A DNA stretch of 32,000 nucleotides, from NCBI RefSeq assembly GCF_000018465.1, contig NC_010085.1, forward strand, positions 270,001-302,000. Reading direction: 5' to 3'. The stretch is from Nitrosopumilus maritimus SCM1. Its GTDB lineage: Archaea > Thermoproteota > Nitrososphaeria > Nitrososphaerales > Nitrosopumilaceae. The notes under the pieces were generated by a model. The model was not told the DNA's origin, did not search any database, and worked only from the letters and a program-made list of their open reading frames with translations. Shown piece after piece: positions 1 to 9,340 of the stretch. Positions within the stretch are counted from its first letter, which is position 1; every line of letters begins with the position of its first letter. Both the position numbers and the translations under genes were made by a program.

Positions 1-207
1 AAATAAAGAACTGTGCTAAAATTTTAGGCTCTACTACTTGTAAGGAAGTAAATACATTCCACCGTAATAGGTCAGTCCGATTGTAATGGCCATTGCAACC
101 CACCAAAATCTCATAATAGAAATTTTACATGGTTAATAATAAATCTACAGTCTAATTTTCATAAAAAATCAAAGATTATTACTGGATGATCTCTTTTCTT
201 TATCTGT

Positions 208-280
208 GGCCTTCGTAGTACAGTGGTTAGTATAGAGGATTGTGGATCCTCGGACAGGAGTTCGATTCCCCTCGAGGGCC
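208..280 (+). tRNA. tRNA-His (anticodon GTG) with genome-encoded G-1
   Basis: Hand-folded cloverleaf. Acceptor GCCTTCG (209-215) pairs with CGAGGGC (273-279), with one G-U pair. U8 is at 216. D arm is GTAC/AGTGGTTA/GTAT. Anticodon stem GAGGA (235-239) pairs with TCCTC (247-251), and the loop TTGTGGA puts GTG at positions 34-36. T arm is AGGAG/TTCGATT/CCCCT with one A-C mismatch. The extra G208 opposite discriminator C280 is the His-specific G-1:C73 pair. No CCA is encoded. Confidence 0.85.
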
Positions 281-334
281 CTCCTTTTATTTTATGAATT
301 AGAATGATTCTAAACAGATTATTTGATTATGGAA

Positions 335-724
335 CTAGGATTTTGTTGGTCCAATATCCAACAAAGATGAAATATTTTTTATGTTGATATTTTTGAACAT
401 CTCTACTTCTTCTTCCTTGTTATCTATACTGATAAAGAGTAAATGCTCTTCATCAATCGGGATGGTCATTCTCTTAATCTTCTCATATGATGTAACTGAG
501 TATAGAGGTCTTCCAACTTTGTCTTTGATTTCTACACGTGATTTCCATGACTCTATTGTTCGACTTAATTGCTCTTTAGTTTCTTCTAAAGAAAACAATT
601 CTCTAATGTCATCTCGACGTTTTTGAAACAATAATTCCCCTTTTAGATTACACATGGCTGAAAATCTGATATTCTTATTTGACACCATTAAAACTTCTAA
701 AAAGCTCTTGTAATCTTCCACCAT
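335..724 (-). CDS. hypothetical protein (129 aa)
   Basis: Longest ORF at this locus. The antisense 81-aa ORF (381-626) is low-complexity shadow. No family recognised by eye; the alternating beta/alpha pattern is vaguely Roadblock/LC7-like. Confidence 0.6.
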   Translation of the reverse strand: MVEDYKSFLEVLMVSNKNIRFSAMCNLKGELLFQKRRDDIRELFSLEETKEQLSRTIESWKSRVEIKDKVGRPLYSVTSYEKIKRMTIPIDEEHLLFISIDNKEEEVEMFKNINIKNISSLLDIGPTKS

Positions 725-780
725 CTCATTTTCACTTAATCACTAAAATACATATCTTGAATTTCCCATTTTCGACAATT

Positions 781-1149
781 TTAGAATATTCCAAATTTAC
801 TTGATTCCATCTCTTCTTTTATGGCCAACTTGAATCTAGGTGATTTATTTTCCAAATTATTGGTTAACCAAGTCAGGAATTTCTTTTCAGTACCTTTGCC
901 CTTCAATTTGTCAAAATCAGGACCCATCATATCTACTAATTTCTGAACTAGTGACTTATTCACACTTAATACAAAAAAATGCCATCCAAATGCAAATTCT
1001 GAATCTGTCATAACAAAATCTTCCTCACTATGAACCATCTCCTCTAATAGAGATAATTGTCTAGTTAGTGCCTTGCTTGTTTTGTCATAATCTACTGCTG
1101 ATACATTAATGTGCATTCTTTCGTCCATAATTGATTTGTGTTTAAACAA
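781..1149 (-). CDS. hypothetical protein (122 aa)
   Basis: ORF-track ORF, co-directional with its neighbours. No recognisable motif. The start is ambiguous (M1, M8 or M12). Confidence 0.55.
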   Translation of the reverse strand: MFKHKSIMDERMHINVSAVDYDKTSKALTRQLSLLEEMVHSEEDFVMTDSEFAFGWHFFVLSVNKSLVQKLVDMMGPDFDKLKGKGTEKKFLTWLTNNLENKSPRFKLAIKEEMESSKFGIF

Positions 1150-1168
1150 AATAAAAGGATTACACGAA

Positions 1169-1930
1169 TTATTCTTTTAACATGGGTTCAAAATCTATGT
1201 CAAAATTCATTTTCATGAGTTTAATGTATGTCTGAATTGACTCTGGAATCTCTTCTCCGCAAGCAACTCCTAATTTTTTTGCATTGATCCAGATTACTAG
1301 AGTTTGAATAATTGTGAGAAATCGATCGTTTTTGATTTCAGGTGAACCAATTGCTTTTGTGTATCTTTCTGCAAATTCCCACGCTGTAACAAAATCTACA
1401 CATTTTACACCAAACACTGCTAGCAACTGTTCTTGCATATTCTTTGCTTTTGTAAATGGTACTTTGTTTACGATGTATGGAAAGTCTACTTTATCTGGAA
1501 TGCAATCTGGTAATGGCCCCCAAATAGTAATTATTCTTGTATCTGATTTTAATTCTTCAAATTTTTTTAACATTTGATTTGTAATATTTTCATCTGTAAA
1601 CCAAAACAAAATTACTGTTGCATCAGAAATGTCTGAATCCAAAATATCTTGACATCTTAATTCAGCTTTGGTTTGTTTTTCTTCAAGATTTTTTTTTGCA
1701 TTTTCAATTTTTTCACAATTATTGTCTATTCCTACTGCTTTTTCTACTTGGAATTCTTTTACTGCTATCTCTATTCCTTTTTCATCACTACATCCTAGAT
1801 GATAAAAAATATCATCTTTTGTCAATTTTACAAATTTGAAAATGCTTCTTAGAGACTTTTCTGGTAGTTGAACATCCTCCCCGTTCAGTAAATTTTCTGG
1901 TAATGTATCTAAATACTCATCAATTCTCAA
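1169..1930 (-). CDS. hypothetical protein, possible class-I SAM-methyltransferase-like fold
   Basis: 253 aa. The N-terminal half has a degenerate Rossmann/MTase pattern: IFYHLGCSDEKG as motif I, AVGID as the acidic end of beta-2, and ATVILFWF. By-eye only. The antisense ORFs 1314-1577 and 1618-1839 are low-complexity shadows. Confidence 0.6.
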   Translation of the reverse strand: MRIDEYLDTLPENLLNGEDVQLPEKSLRSIFKFVKLTKDDIFYHLGCSDEKGIEIAVKEFQVEKAVGIDNNCEKIENAKKNLEEKQTKAELRCQDILDSDISDATVILFWFTDENITNQMLKKFEELKSDTRIITIWGPLPDCIPDKVDFPYIVNKVPFTKAKNMQEQLLAVFGVKCVDFVTAWEFAERYTKAIGSPEIKNDRFLTIIQTLVIWINAKKLGVACGEEIPESIQTYIKLMKMNFDIDFEPMLKE

Positions 1931-1955
1931 TAATACTTGTTTTAAAAACGAGAAT

Positions 1956-2225
1956 TTATTCTCTTATGCTTTCTAATTTGGAAACTGCTTGCCATAATTG
2001 GGTTCTAACATATGATGGCATATTGGGGTCTTGTGTTACATCATCAAGCAAGCTAATTGTATTTGCAGCTCTCACTGACAACGAATATTCTTCATTATTC
2101 AAATCAGCAATCAAATCAGTAATAGATTTTTTTATTGTTTTTGGGGTTGAGTTACTGCCAATAATCTGATTTAGTGTTTCAATTGCTTCTTTCATTGATT
2201 CTTTGTTTTGTTGCTCGTCTGCCAT
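1956..2225 (-). CDS. UPF0147-family small archaeal protein
   Basis: 89 aa. SVRAANTISLLDDVTQDPNMPSYVRTQLWQAVSKLE matches my memory of the conserved core of the archaeal UPF0147 family (..R.AA..I..LD.IS.DPNMP...RT.IW...S.LE). Confidence 0.65.
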   Translation of the reverse strand: MADEQQNKESMKEAIETLNQIIGSNSTPKTIKKSITDLIADLNNEEYSLSVRAANTISLLDDVTQDPNMPSYVRTQLWQAVSKLESIRE

Positions 2226-2260
2226 TTTTCCACCTTTTCTTAAAAATTAGAAGTATATAG

Positions 2261-2569
2261 TTACATCTCTACAAATACGCTATCTGATTCAACTGTCACG
2301 TTGTATGATGTTAAATCTCTAATTTTTGCTGGAAATTTTACTAGTTTTCCTGTTTTACAATCAAACTCTGCAGCATGCCATCCACATGTAACAACACAGC
2401 CGTCTAATTTTCCCTCTGAAAGACTTGCACCAGAATGAGTACACGAGTCATCTGTTGCACAATACTCTCCGTCGATATTTGCAACGAGTATGTCTCTTCC
2501 GTCAATAGATACCTTGATCATTTTTCCAGGAGGAATATCTGATATTTTTCCTGCAATAATTTTTCCCAT
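2261..2569 (-). CDS. Rieske [2Fe-2S] domain protein (small Rieske-type ferredoxin)
   Basis: 102 aa. Both Rieske cluster-binding boxes are present: C-T-H (CTHSGASL) and C-G-W-H (VTCGWHAAEFD), with canonical spacing. Confidence 0.85.
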   Translation of the reverse strand: MGKIIAGKISDIPPGKMIKVSIDGRDILVANIDGEYCATDDSCTHSGASLSEGKLDGCVVTCGWHAAEFDCKTGKLVKFPAKIRDLTSYNVTVESDSVFVEM

Positions 2570-2611
2570 TGAAGTTTTTATTTAATAATGCTTAATATTT
2601 TTTCGTAATAC

Positions 2612-3388
2612 ATGATTAGAAATGCAAAACCTTCTGACAAATCTCAAGTTTTGAAATTTTGCCAAAATACTTTTTCTTGGGGTGATTATGTAGAACATGT
2701 TTGGGATTATTGGTTAAATGAGGATTTGCTATTTGTTTATGAAAAACAATTTCCTGTTGGTATTTGTCATGCATTTTTTTCAAAGAACCAAATATGGATT
2801 GAAGGAATTAGGGTAGACTCAAATTTTCGAAAACAGAAAATCGCATCTGAACTTGTAAGTCATGTTGAATCGATAGGACAAAAAAATAATGCATTATTTT
2901 CATTCATGCTGATAGATGTTGAAAATTCAATTTCGCTTTCTATGGCTAAATCTCTTAAATATCAACTCTTAGAAATCTGGAATTTTTATTCACTTGAGCC
3001 TAAAAAAAACTCTAATTTTGATATCATCTTTGCAAAATCTTTAGATGCTTCTCTTTACCCTCATTACGTAAAGTCGTGGAGATGGCTTCCAATTGATAAT
3101 ACAATAGTGTCTGAACTTGTACAACAAAATAAAATAATTCAATCACAAATTAATGGTGAAGTTTCCACTGCAATTCTTTCTGATTCTGAGCATTTTGATA
3201 ATACACTGATTGTTACGTTATTTTCAGGCTCAGAAAAAACATCTTTACAAATAATCTTGTTCTTACAAAACTATGCTATAGAAAATAACTATAATCGAAT
3301 TCAAATATTGAGTACAGAAAAATTATTTGATTTAGAATTTTTAGATCATAAGCTTTCTTTTCATTTGTTGAGAAAAACTCTAGATTGA
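2612..3388 (+). CDS. GNAT-family N-acetyltransferase with uncharacterised C-terminal half
   Basis: 258 aa. It starts MIRNAKPSD and has the motif-A-like IEGIRVDSNFRKQKIASELVSHVE typical of GNAT acetyl-CoA binding. The C-terminal ~130 aa are unassigned. Confidence 0.7.
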   Translation: MIRNAKPSDKSQVLKFCQNTFSWGDYVEHVWDYWLNEDLLFVYEKQFPVGICHAFFSKNQIWIEGIRVDSNFRKQKIASELVSHVESIGQKNNALFSFMLIDVENSISLSMAKSLKYQLLEIWNFYSLEPKKNSNFDIIFAKSLDASLYPHYVKSWRWLPIDNTIVSELVQQNKIIQSQINGEVSTAILSDSEHFDNTLIVTLFSGSEKTSLQIILFLQNYAIENNYNRIQILSTEKLFDLEFLDHKLSFHLLRKTLD

Positions 3389-4249
3389 TTTTATAACTTT
3401 AATTGTATTGTTTAAAACTCCCAAACCTTCAATCTCCATCTCCACCTTGTCCCCATCTTTTAAGAAGATTGCATTTGGTTTGTTTAACATAACTCCTGCA
3501 GGTGTTCCTGTAGAAATAATGTCTCCCTTCTCTAATGTCATTACTTTTGAGATTTTTGAAATTATTTCAGGTATTTTGATAAACATGTTGCTTGTAGAAG
3601 AATTCTGTCTTAGTTCTCCATTGATTTTGGTTGTTAATTTCAAATTTTGCGGTTCTTGAATTTCATCTGCAGTTGTGATCCATGGTCCGCATGGTGCAAA
3701 TGAATCAAAGCTTTTCCCTCTAGTGAATTGTTTGTCTTTAAACTGAATGTCTCTGGCTGACACATCATTGAATACCATGTATCCAAAAACTACATTTTGT
3801 GCTTCTTCGACACTGATATTTTTACAATTTTTCCCAATTATCAAGGCTAATTCAACCTCATAATCTAACTGTGTAACAAAATCTGGGCATTCAATATTGG
3901 CATTATTTCCATTAAGGGCAGTTCTTGGTTTTATGACAATGGCAGGATCCTCTGGTGCTGTTAATCCCTGTTCTTTTGCATGATCTACATAGTTGAATGC
4001 TAAACAAATTATCTTATTGGGATTTGGAATCGGTGCTAATAATTTGAATTTAGAGAGATTTTCTTCATAAGGCAAATCTTGTATTTTATTTTTAATTTCA
4101 TCAAACCATCCATCAAAAAGAAAATCTTTGACATTGTGTGGAATTGGAACACCTGTCAGGTATGTTATCTCGTCTTTTGTTGCAACTTTATCTTCTTTAA
4201 CAAATCCATACGTTTCGTTATTCTCATGTACTAATCGTGCTATTTTCAT
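3380..4249 (-). CDS. fumarylacetoacetate hydrolase (FAH) family protein
   Basis: FAH-family motifs are present: AFNYVDHAKE, DYEVELALIIGK, FTRGKSFDSFAPCGPW and GDIISTGTPAGV. I prefer the ATG at 4249 (MKIARLV..) to the track's GTG at 4258, which would overlap the gltX stop. Confidence 0.85.
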   Translation of the reverse strand: MKIARLVHENNETYGFVKEDKVATKDEITYLTGVPIPHNVKDFLFDGWFDEIKNKIQDLPYEENLSKFKLLAPIPNPNKIICLAFNYVDHAKEQGLTAPEDPAIVIKPRTALNGNNANIECPDFVTQLDYEVELALIIGKNCKNISVEEAQNVVFGYMVFNDVSARDIQFKDKQFTRGKSFDSFAPCGPWITTADEIQEPQNLKLTTKINGELRQNSSTSNMFIKIPEIISKISKVMTLEKGDIISTGTPAGVMLNKPNAIFLKDGDKVEMEIEGLGVLNNTIKVIKSI

Positions 4250-4254
4250 GTCAA

Positions 4255-5964
4255 TCACTTGTGTGTAAAAATTGCCTGATTCTGTGAATCTTTTCTACAA
4301 TATCCAAACCTAACAAATTGAATTTCTTCTCCTTCCTTTAATTGAAGATACTGGGGTTCTGTATAAACGTCTAATTCTTCTAAACTATCTTCATTAAATT
4401 CTTCATCATTGAATAAAATTTTTGGAATAATCATTTTAATTTCATGTGCTGTTTTTTGTGGAACCCATTGAATTTTCAATATATTTGATGAATCTCCATC
4501 TCTCTCAAACTCTCCTTCTAATTCATTACCGATTTTTGTAATCTTGACATTACCTAATCCTAAAAGTCTGATTGTTGATTGTTCTTTGATTGCTTCTGAA
4601 TCGTCTCCAGAAATGTAAAAATCTTCAGTGATTTCGATTTTTCTTTTACCCAAATCATTTATTGGATGATTAGGAACTTCAACTATTGTTGATTGCAAAT
4701 TTTTTATTTTCAATTTTTTAGCATTTTTAACCATAAACAATCGCATACTATCTGCATCTACAAATTTCCTATTGAATGCCTCAAGAGCATCAAATGGTGC
4801 AAGTGTATTTGCTTTTGTTAGTCCCAAAGACATGATAAATTTTCTAATTGCCTCAGGTTTGATTCCTCTTCTTCTTAGTGCCTCTAGAGTTGGAAGTCTA
4901 GGATCATCATACCATGAAACTTTACCTTCTTCAATTAGGGGCTTGATTATTCTCTTTGATATGGGCATTCCTTTGAATTCGAGCCTGGAAAAAAAACCTT
5001 GTTGAGGTTTTCTCATGCCTAGTGCATCTAAAATTGCATCTATGAGTTCTTTTCTCAACTCAAATTCTTTTGAACGAAATGCGTGTGTGACACCATCTAT
5101 GCTATCTTCAATTGCCACTGCAAAATCATAACTAGGCCAAATTCTGTATTTGTCACCTACTGTGTAATGTTTTTCATCAATGATTCGTAATAGTACGGGA
5201 TCTCTCATAACTGCATTATCTGCTTTCATATCTCCACGAAATCTAACTATTGCTTCACCTGGTTTGAACTTGTTTTGCATCTTTTCCCAATTTTTGTTGT
5301 TCTTCCCAACATCTTCCATACTGCATTTGCAAGCTTTTCTTTCTCTACGATTTTGACTAATGTCTTCTCTTTTACAAGTACAAACATATGCTTTACCAGA
5401 ATTAATTAATTCAATTCCTTTTTCATAAAATACTTCCATGTCATCAGAAGTACTTTTTACTTGATCAAATTCAATTCCCAACCATTCTAACCCTACTTTG
5501 ATTGCAGCATGATACTCCATTCTTTCAGCTTCAGGATTAGTATCATCCATTCTGAGTATAAATTTTCCTCCATACATCTTTGCATATTCTGAATTAATTA
5601 TTGCAGCTTTTGCATGTCCTATGTGTGGATAACCATTAGGTTCTGGAGGAAATCGTGTAACAACTTTTCCTTGTATTGCATCTTTCAGTTCTGGTAATCC
5701 TTCCCTTTCTTCTATTTTTTCTTTAGGTGCTAATGCTTCTGGGAATTTCTCTTCCATCTCTTTTTGTTGTTCTTCTGGTGATAGTTGATTTACTGATGCA
5801 ACAATTTCTGAAATCTCTCCTGAAATTTCTTTTACTTTTGTTCTAAATTCTGGTTTTGTTCCAAGAATTTTCCCTAAAATTATTTTATCCTGAGTTTGCC
5901 CTCCATGCTCAAAAGCATTCTGAAGAGCCATTTTTCTAATCTCGTGTTTTATTTCTTCATCCAT
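4255..5964 (-). CDS. gltX: glutamate--tRNA ligase (archaeal-type GluRS)
   Basis: 569 aa. Class-I HIGH motif (PNGYPHIGHAKAA), archaeal/eukaryal GluRS core (RFRGDM, WPSYDFAVAIEDSIDGVTH) and a KMSKS-equivalent (GMPISKR). Confidence 0.9.
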   Translation of the reverse strand: MDEEIKHEIRKMALQNAFEHGGQTQDKIILGKILGTKPEFRTKVKEISGEISEIVASVNQLSPEEQQKEMEEKFPEALAPKEKIEEREGLPELKDAIQGKVVTRFPPEPNGYPHIGHAKAAIINSEYAKMYGGKFILRMDDTNPEAERMEYHAAIKVGLEWLGIEFDQVKSTSDDMEVFYEKGIELINSGKAYVCTCKREDISQNRRERKACKCSMEDVGKNNKNWEKMQNKFKPGEAIVRFRGDMKADNAVMRDPVLLRIIDEKHYTVGDKYRIWPSYDFAVAIEDSIDGVTHAFRSKEFELRKELIDAILDALGMRKPQQGFFSRLEFKGMPISKRIIKPLIEEGKVSWYDDPRLPTLEALRRRGIKPEAIRKFIMSLGLTKANTLAPFDALEAFNRKFVDADSMRLFMVKNAKKLKIKNLQSTIVEVPNHPINDLGKRKIEITEDFYISGDDSEAIKEQSTIRLLGLGNVKITKIGNELEGEFERDGDSSNILKIQWVPQKTAHEIKMIIPKILFNDEEFNEDSLEELDVYTEPQYLQLKEGEEIQFVRFGYCRKDSQNQAIFTHK

Positions 5965-5985
5965 TGTAATTACCTGATATGATGT

Positions 5986-6966
5986 CTAGACACTTCTCTT
6001 AACTACAAAATCTAATAATGCAATAAGTTCAGTTTTTGCTGAACCAGAGTATTTTGAGAGTGATTTTTCGGCTTTTTCAGCGTATTTTAGTGCCTGTCTC
6101 CTGACACTGTCTTCAATACCAAGAGAACGAATTACATCTACTGCCTTGTTCAGATCATTTCTTGAAATTTTTGAATTTCCAAATGCCTTTAAAATAATTT
6201 TTTTATCTTTGCCTTTTGCGAGCTTTATTGCCATTAGTATTGGAAGTGATTTTTTACCTTCTCGAAGATCATTACCTACTGGTTTTTTTGTAATTTTTGG
6301 ATCTCCCATCACACCAATCAAGTCATCAGTAATTTGAAATGCAATTCCTAGGTTTCTTCCAAATGATGAAAGATTTGAAATGTCTTTGCCTTTATTTGTA
6401 GCACATATTGCTCCCATTGCACAGGATACATCAAACAATGCTGCAGTTTTCTTTCCAATCATTGTAATGTATTGCGATTGTGTAGGAATTTTTTTTTCTT
6501 CAGCCATTTTGACATCAAGTAGTTGTCCCTCACAAACATCTACACATGCTTTTGCAAGTCGTGAGATAAGATGTGTTGTTGCAGTTGGTGATAATTTTGT
6601 ATCTGAAATTACTTGATATGCTTTTGAAAATAACACATCTCCTGCAAGAATTGCAATCGGCATGCCGTATTTTCTATGTGTGGTTGGAACTCCGTGACGC
6701 ATTTCATCATTATCCATAATGTCATCGTGAACTAAAGTAAAATTATGAACCATTTCCACTGCACTAGCTGCTGGCATTGCATTGGAAGATTTTCCTCCCA
6801 AAATTTGACAACTTCTAATTACCATGTATGGCCTGAGTCTTTTTCCTCCATGAACTATAAGATGACCTGCAGCATCATAGAGTTTTTTTGGATTACCTTT
6901 TAGTTTTGATTTAAGATACTTGTTTACAGTTTTTGCATTTTTTTCAATTTGTTTAGTTTTTTTCAT
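5986..6966 (-). CDS. idsA: polyprenyl (geranylgeranyl) diphosphate synthase
   Basis: 326 aa. First Asp-rich motif LVHDDIMDND and second Asp-rich motif FQITDDLIG of trans-prenyltransferases. Chain length cannot be read from the sequence by eye. Confidence 0.85.
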   Translation of the reverse strand: MKKTKQIEKNAKTVNKYLKSKLKGNPKKLYDAAGHLIVHGGKRLRPYMVIRSCQILGGKSSNAMPAASAVEMVHNFTLVHDDIMDNDEMRHGVPTTHRKYGMPIAILAGDVLFSKAYQVISDTKLSPTATTHLISRLAKACVDVCEGQLLDVKMAEEKKIPTQSQYITMIGKKTAALFDVSCAMGAICATNKGKDISNLSSFGRNLGIAFQITDDLIGVMGDPKITKKPVGNDLREGKKSLPILMAIKLAKGKDKKIILKAFGNSKISRNDLNKAVDVIRSLGIEDSVRRQALKYAEKAEKSLSKYSGSAKTELIALLDFVVKRSV

Positions 6967-7603
6967 TTACTAATCTCCATTTTTCTTCTGGCAAATGTGT
7001 TTTGATTGCATTTTGCAATCCTTCATGAACCTCATTCGTCATCCATGTAGATAAGATATTTGCATGTTTTTCAAGCACAGATTTATCTGATTTTTCAAGT
7101 AATTCTAATGCAATTAACATCCATGGACAATAAATTTCAGGTTTTGTTTTGATTTCTGAAAGTAATTCATCAGCTGAACTCCATTTTATTTCGTCTATCT
7201 CGCCTTCAATCTCTTTTAGTTCTGTCGATTTGTCAATTACTCCAATTAATGTTCCACAAATTTCATTTTCTGAACCTACATCTTTGTATGGCACATGATA
7301 TTCGAATTTGTGTAAATAATCTAATTTTCCTTCAATACCTAATTCTTCAGGCATTCTTCTTTCACCTGATGAGACATAAGTTTCTGATTCTCTAGGATGG
7401 CTTGCAAATGTTCCATCCCAATCTCCTGGCCATAACATTTTTTCTTTTGCCCTTCTTGTTAGTACCAGTCTTCCACTATCATCAAACAATAATGCAGTAA
7501 ATGCTCTGTGTAGTTTTCCATTTGGCAAATGACATTTTACTTTCTCTTCTTTTCCAATCGGATTATCGTTTTCATCTACTAAGATAACAAATTCTTCAGC
7601 CAT
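6953..7603 (-). CDS. idi: isopentenyl-diphosphate delta-isomerase, type 1 (Nudix-fold)
   Basis: 216 aa. LHRAFTALLFDDSGRLVLTRRAKEKMLWPGDWDGTFASHP...ERRMPEELGI is the IDI-1 pattern. It overlaps idsA by 14 nt and shares 1 nt (TAATG) with the ipk stop. Confidence 0.85.
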   Translation of the reverse strand: MAEEFVILVDENDNPIGKEEKVKCHLPNGKLHRAFTALLFDDSGRLVLTRRAKEKMLWPGDWDGTFASHPRESETYVSSGERRMPEELGIEGKLDYLHKFEYHVPYKDVGSENEICGTLIGVIDKSTELKEIEGEIDEIKWSSADELLSEIKTKPEIYCPWMLIALELLEKSDKSVLEKHANILSTWMTNEVHEGLQNAIKTHLPEEKWRLVNEKN

Positions 7604-8346
7604 TATTTCCCTCTGAACAATGTTCCTTCAAATTTCCTATTTTTAACCGCTTTCACTATTCTTTCAGGTTTGTTCCCATTGACAAAAAATACATTCATTC
7701 CCATCTTTGAAATTTTTGATGCCTCTTCTATTTTTCTAGTCATTCCTCCTGTTACATCCATTTTATTTTCAGAAATTGATGGACGTTCTCCTTTTAATTC
7801 GTGAATTAATTTTTTAGATTTAAGATCTGAATACACTCCGTCCTCATTTAATGCAAAAATACAAAGTTTGGGTTTTAGAATTTTTGCAAGATGTGTCATT
7901 ATTTTATCTCCTGATAAAATGAATGTCTTGTTTTGTCCATACCATAATGCATCTCCAAAAGTGACTGGAATCAAGCCTGATTTTGAGATTTTTTCAATTT
8001 CTTTTACTTTTTTTGGTATTGGTTTGTTCCCTGTCATGAAATCTGTGGGTGGTAGACAGTATGGTTTTAATTTATTTTTTAGAAATGAATCTAAAATTAT
8101 CTTGTTTAGTTCAATCATGGAATTTTTTACAATTGAAACTCCTCTCAAATCGTATTTTCTTTCTTTAGTGTGCATGTCATACTTAACAGACCAATAATGT
8201 CCATAGGATCCTCCTCCGTGAACTATTATTATTGGCTCTTGGATCTTTTTTAGACTCTTTGCAAGATTATCTATTGTCTTTCTTCTTGCTGACAGTGGTT
8301 TTTCCTTATTTGTAATAATTGAACCACCTAATTTTATTAGAATCAT
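7603..8346 (-). CDS. ipk: isopentenyl phosphate kinase
   Basis: 247 aa, amino-acid-kinase fold. MILIKLGGSIITNK and IIIVHGGGSYGH motifs, plus its position between mvk and idi. Confidence 0.85.
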   Translation of the reverse strand: MILIKLGGSIITNKEKPLSARRKTIDNLAKSLKKIQEPIIIVHGGGSYGHYWSVKYDMHTKERKYDLRGVSIVKNSMIELNKIILDSFLKNKLKPYCLPPTDFMTGNKPIPKKVKEIEKISKSGLIPVTFGDALWYGQNKTFILSGDKIMTHLAKILKPKLCIFALNEDGVYSDLKSKKLIHELKGERPSISENKMDVTGGMTRKIEEASKISKMGMNVFFVNGNKPERIVKAVKNRKFEGTLFRGK

Positions 8347-8370
8347 ATTTGTTCCAAACTATCTATATAA

Positions 8371-9312
8371 TTAAAAAGTATCCAGTCCTTTGAAATCAAT
8401 TTTTACAGAAAAACATTCGTGATTTTTTTCTTTGAATTCTTTGATCGTATTTTCTAAATTTGATTCATCTGTAAGGGCAAAAATACATCCTCCTCCTCCT
8501 GCACCTGTAATTTTTGCACCAAATGATGAATTTTGTCCAGTTTGAATCATCTCTCTGAGTTTGGCATTTGAAATTCCAATTCTCTCCAAGTACTCTTGAT
8601 TCTTAATTACTCTCTCACCAAGTTCTCTAATGTTATTTTCTTTTAACAATTCTAATACATTTTCAATAAGATGTGATTCATCTTTACATAATTTTGAAAA
8701 TTCTGCTTCATTGTTTTTTTTGAATTTTCTTACTCCTGCCACAACACTTTCTGTTGAATGTTCAACATTTGAATTTGCTATAACTAGATGAAAATTAGGC
8801 TCAGATTCTATTTTGGAAAACCCATTTTCCTTGTCGTACTCCATTAATCCTCCAAAAGTGCAAACCGTACAATCTGCACCTGATGTGTTTTGAAAAATTG
8901 TTTTTTCTGCCTCTATTGCAAGTTTTAGAATCTCTTCTTTTGAATTATTTTCAAATAGATTTGAAATTGCAGCTGCTCCTGCTACACAACAAGCAGATGA
9001 TGAACCTAAACCAACACCTAATGGAATTTCTGATTCAACGTCTATCTTGATTCCAAAATTTTTATCTTGAATTATTTTATTTGCCAAATAATAAAATGGT
9101 TTTAGCGGTGAATTAATTTCTGAAATTGGTTTGTTTGGTTCTAATTCAAGGTGACCAATATTAGATTTGATTGAAATTTTTCTTTCATCAATTTTTTCTG
9201 CAGTAACTGCGATTCTTTTGTTAATTGCACAAAGAATCGCTTTAACTCCATACACAACAAAATGTTCTCCAAAAAGAATAACTTTTCCAGGAGCAGAGGC
9301 TTTAGATTTCAA
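8371..9312 (-). CDS. mvk: mevalonate kinase
   Basis: 313 aa, GHMP kinase. SAPGKVILFGEHFVVYG, PLGVGLGSSSA and KITGAGGGGC motifs. The only available start is TTG at 9312, because an in-frame stop lies at 9339-9337. Confidence 0.9.
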   Translation of the reverse strand: MKSKASAPGKVILFGEHFVVYGVKAILCAINKRIAVTAEKIDERKISIKSNIGHLELEPNKPISEINSPLKPFYYLANKIIQDKNFGIKIDVESEIPLGVGLGSSSACCVAGAAAISNLFENNSKEEILKLAIEAEKTIFQNTSGADCTVCTFGGLMEYDKENGFSKIESEPNFHLVIANSNVEHSTESVVAGVRKFKKNNEAEFSKLCKDESHLIENVLELLKENNIRELGERVIKNQEYLERIGISNAKLREMIQTGQNSSFGAKITGAGGGGCIFALTDESNLENTIKEFKEKNHECFSVKIDFKGLDTF

Positions 9313-9340
9313 AAGTAAATGCTTTAGAGTTTTGATTTAT

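Noticed and set aside
34-114. 26-aa hydrophobic minus-strand mini-ORF (MRFWWVAMAITIGLTYYGGMYLLPYK) at the window edge
   Set aside because: It is too short to distinguish from chance in AT-rich DNA. No TATA-like element could be evaluated with confidence, and the context is truncated by the window start.
181-200. GGATGATC upstream of tRNA-His as a possible C-box of a C/D sRNA
   Set aside because: It is not a canonical RUGAUGA box, and no matching D box (CUGA), C'/D' pair or terminal stem lies within about 70 nt. All other intergenic gaps also lack TGATGA...CTGA pairs.
4250-4258. GTG start at 4258 for the FAH-family gene
   Set aside because: The ATG at 4249 gives a typical MKIARL.. start and avoids overlap with the gltX stop codon. 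The GTG cannot be excluded without N-terminal data.
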